54,565 bases of DNA from a virus (taxonomy: Duplodnaviria; Caudoviricetes): positions 1 to 54,565 of IMG/VR virus record IMGVR_UViG_3300010388_000206; one strand, 5' to 3'. The position numbers were made by a program, and so were the translations under genes. The notes beneath the pieces are model-generated. The model did not search any database. It was not told the origin of the DNA and saw only the letters and a list, made by a program, of their open reading frames with translations. The stretch's first letter is position 1. The number at the start of each line of letters is the position of its first letter. This document shows positions 53,443 to 54,565 of the stretch, in pieces.

Positions 53443-54565
53443 ATGTTTAGTGTGAATCTTATAGAACTGGCTGATGCATTTAAGATGCATGGTTATGAAA
53501 TCCGCATCGTTGGTGGTGCTGTTCGGGACATGATCTTGAAGCAAGAGCCAAAAGACATTGATCTTTGCACCAATGCAACACCTCAAGAAATGATCAACAT
53601 CTGTAAGATCATGGATTTCGCATACATTCCTACTGGTCTGCAACACGGCACTATCACGATTGTGGTTGCTGGTGAACAGTTTGAAGTGACGACTCTTCGG
53701 ATTGATGCTGAAACTGATGGTCGCCATGCAGTTGTAAAATATACTCGTTCATTCGAACTAGATGCATCTCGACGTGACCTGACAATCAATGCAATGTCGA
53801 TGGACTTCAATGGTACTGTATACGACTACTTTGGTGGTAAGGCTGACCTAGAAGCAGGACGTGTTCGCTTTGTTGGTGATGCTGATGCACGTGTCAAGGA
53901 AGACTATCTGCGTATCCTGCGCTACTTCCGTTTCATGGCACGTTTTGGTAACATCGATCAGTGCTTGGATGAAATCAAGGCAATCTGCACCAAGTGGAAC
54001 CTTGATGGTCTGAAGGGCATCTCTGTTGAACGCTATTGGCTGGAAATGCAGAAGCTGGTTGTTAGTCCGTTTTGTGATGAAGTTCTGGATTGCATGTATG
54101 TTTATGGTGTCTTAAAAACTCTGGGTCTCAAAAAGCGACAGTTCTCGACACGTCAGTTTTCAAAAGCTAAGACTTCACCGATTGGTGCCTTGTCTACTAT
54201 GGTCGATGAAACTAACATCGATTCGTTCCTGTCCACTTGGAAGCTGTCTAGCGATGAATCAAAGCAACTGAGGTGGTTGGTTAATAACCGCAACCGTGTA
54301 AGTTTTGATTGGCATAGTATGCTGGTTGATGGTATTCCTCGTCAATGGGTGATAGATATGGCTGGTACCATGGGTTATGGTTGGACCACAATGATGCAAA
54401 TCAACAAGTGGGATATTCCTGTCTTTCCAGTTACAGGGCAAGACCTGCTGGATCGTGGAATGAAGCCCGGTGTTGAACTAGGTAACGAACTTCGTGCTCT
54501 GCGAGTTACATGGAAAATGTCTCGTTTTGCACTGACTAAAGAAAAATTGCTTGACATAGTTTCCT
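53443..54565 (+). CDS. cca: CCA-adding tRNA nucleotidyltransferase / poly(A) polymerase family; cut by the window end
   Basis: Read from sequence (absent from the track because there is no stop): VGGAVRD, KDID, EVTTLR, DASRRDLTINAM, EDYLRILRYFRF. Confidence 0.92.
   Translation, partial: MFSVNLIELADAFKMHGYEIRIVGGAVRDMILKQEPKDIDLCTNATPQEMINICKIMDFAYIPTGLQHGTITIVVAGEQFEVTTLRIDAETDGRHAVVKYTRSFELDASRRDLTINAMSMDFNGTVYDYFGGKADLEAGRVRFVGDADARVKEDYLRILRYFRFMARFGNIDQCLDEIKAICTKWNLDGLKGISVERYWLEMQKLVVSPFCDEVLDCMYVYGVLKTLGLKKRQFSTRQFSKAKTSPIGALSTMVDETNIDSFLSTWKLSSDESKQLRWLVNNRNRVSFDWHSMLVDGIPRQWVIDMAGTMGYGWTTMMQINKWDIPVFPVTGQDLLDRGMKPGVELGNELRALRVTWKMSRFALTKEKLLDIVS

Noticed and set aside
742-54557. Numerous minus-strand and alternate-frame ORFs in the track (e.g. 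742-1128, 9230-9529, 34204-34653, 50076-50615)
   Set aside because: Shadows of well-supported + strand genes, without RBS or recognisable motifs
1-54565. Stop-codon reassignment or tRNA genes
   Set aside because: Core genes are full length in the standard code and end in standard stops; no cloverleaf or T-loop pattern seen by eye (tRNAscan-SE would be decisive)

Overview
A 54.6-kb segment of a large T4-like lytic myophage genome, densely coding and almost entirely on the + strand. It carries the replication core (gp43 PolB, UvsX, gp41 helicase, gp61 primase, RNase H) and nucleotide metabolism genes (dCMP deaminase, ThyA, DHFR, class I RNR with glutaredoxin, MazG). It also has a ~6.4-kb nucleotide-sugar/glycosyltransferase island bracketed by two endonuclease genes, a late module under TATAAATA promoters (putative internal-head polyproteins, a ParB-domain protein with a capsid-targeting-like leader, Dps, spanins, holin), and host-takeover/anti-defence candidates (Acb1/gp57B-like 2H phosphoesterase, HD hydrolase, A1-like phosphoesterase, Hsp20, PhoH, AdoMetDC, DNA MTase, CCA-type enzyme running off the right end). 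Four signals stand out. (i) Five sigma70-type promoters carry the GcrA-type motif YGAKTCG (a CcrM GANTC site) just upstream of -10, suggesting an alphaproteobacterial host and use of its methylation-dependent activator. (ii) A ~200-nt late transcript has a 26-bp long-range helix, a 35-codon ORF and its own terminator. (iii) A ROSE-like RNA thermometer precedes Hsp20. (iv) Modular polyproteins are punctuated by prohead-protease-type sites. Product calls rest on motifs read by eye, with no database search. No tRNA, rRNA or CRISPR array was found.
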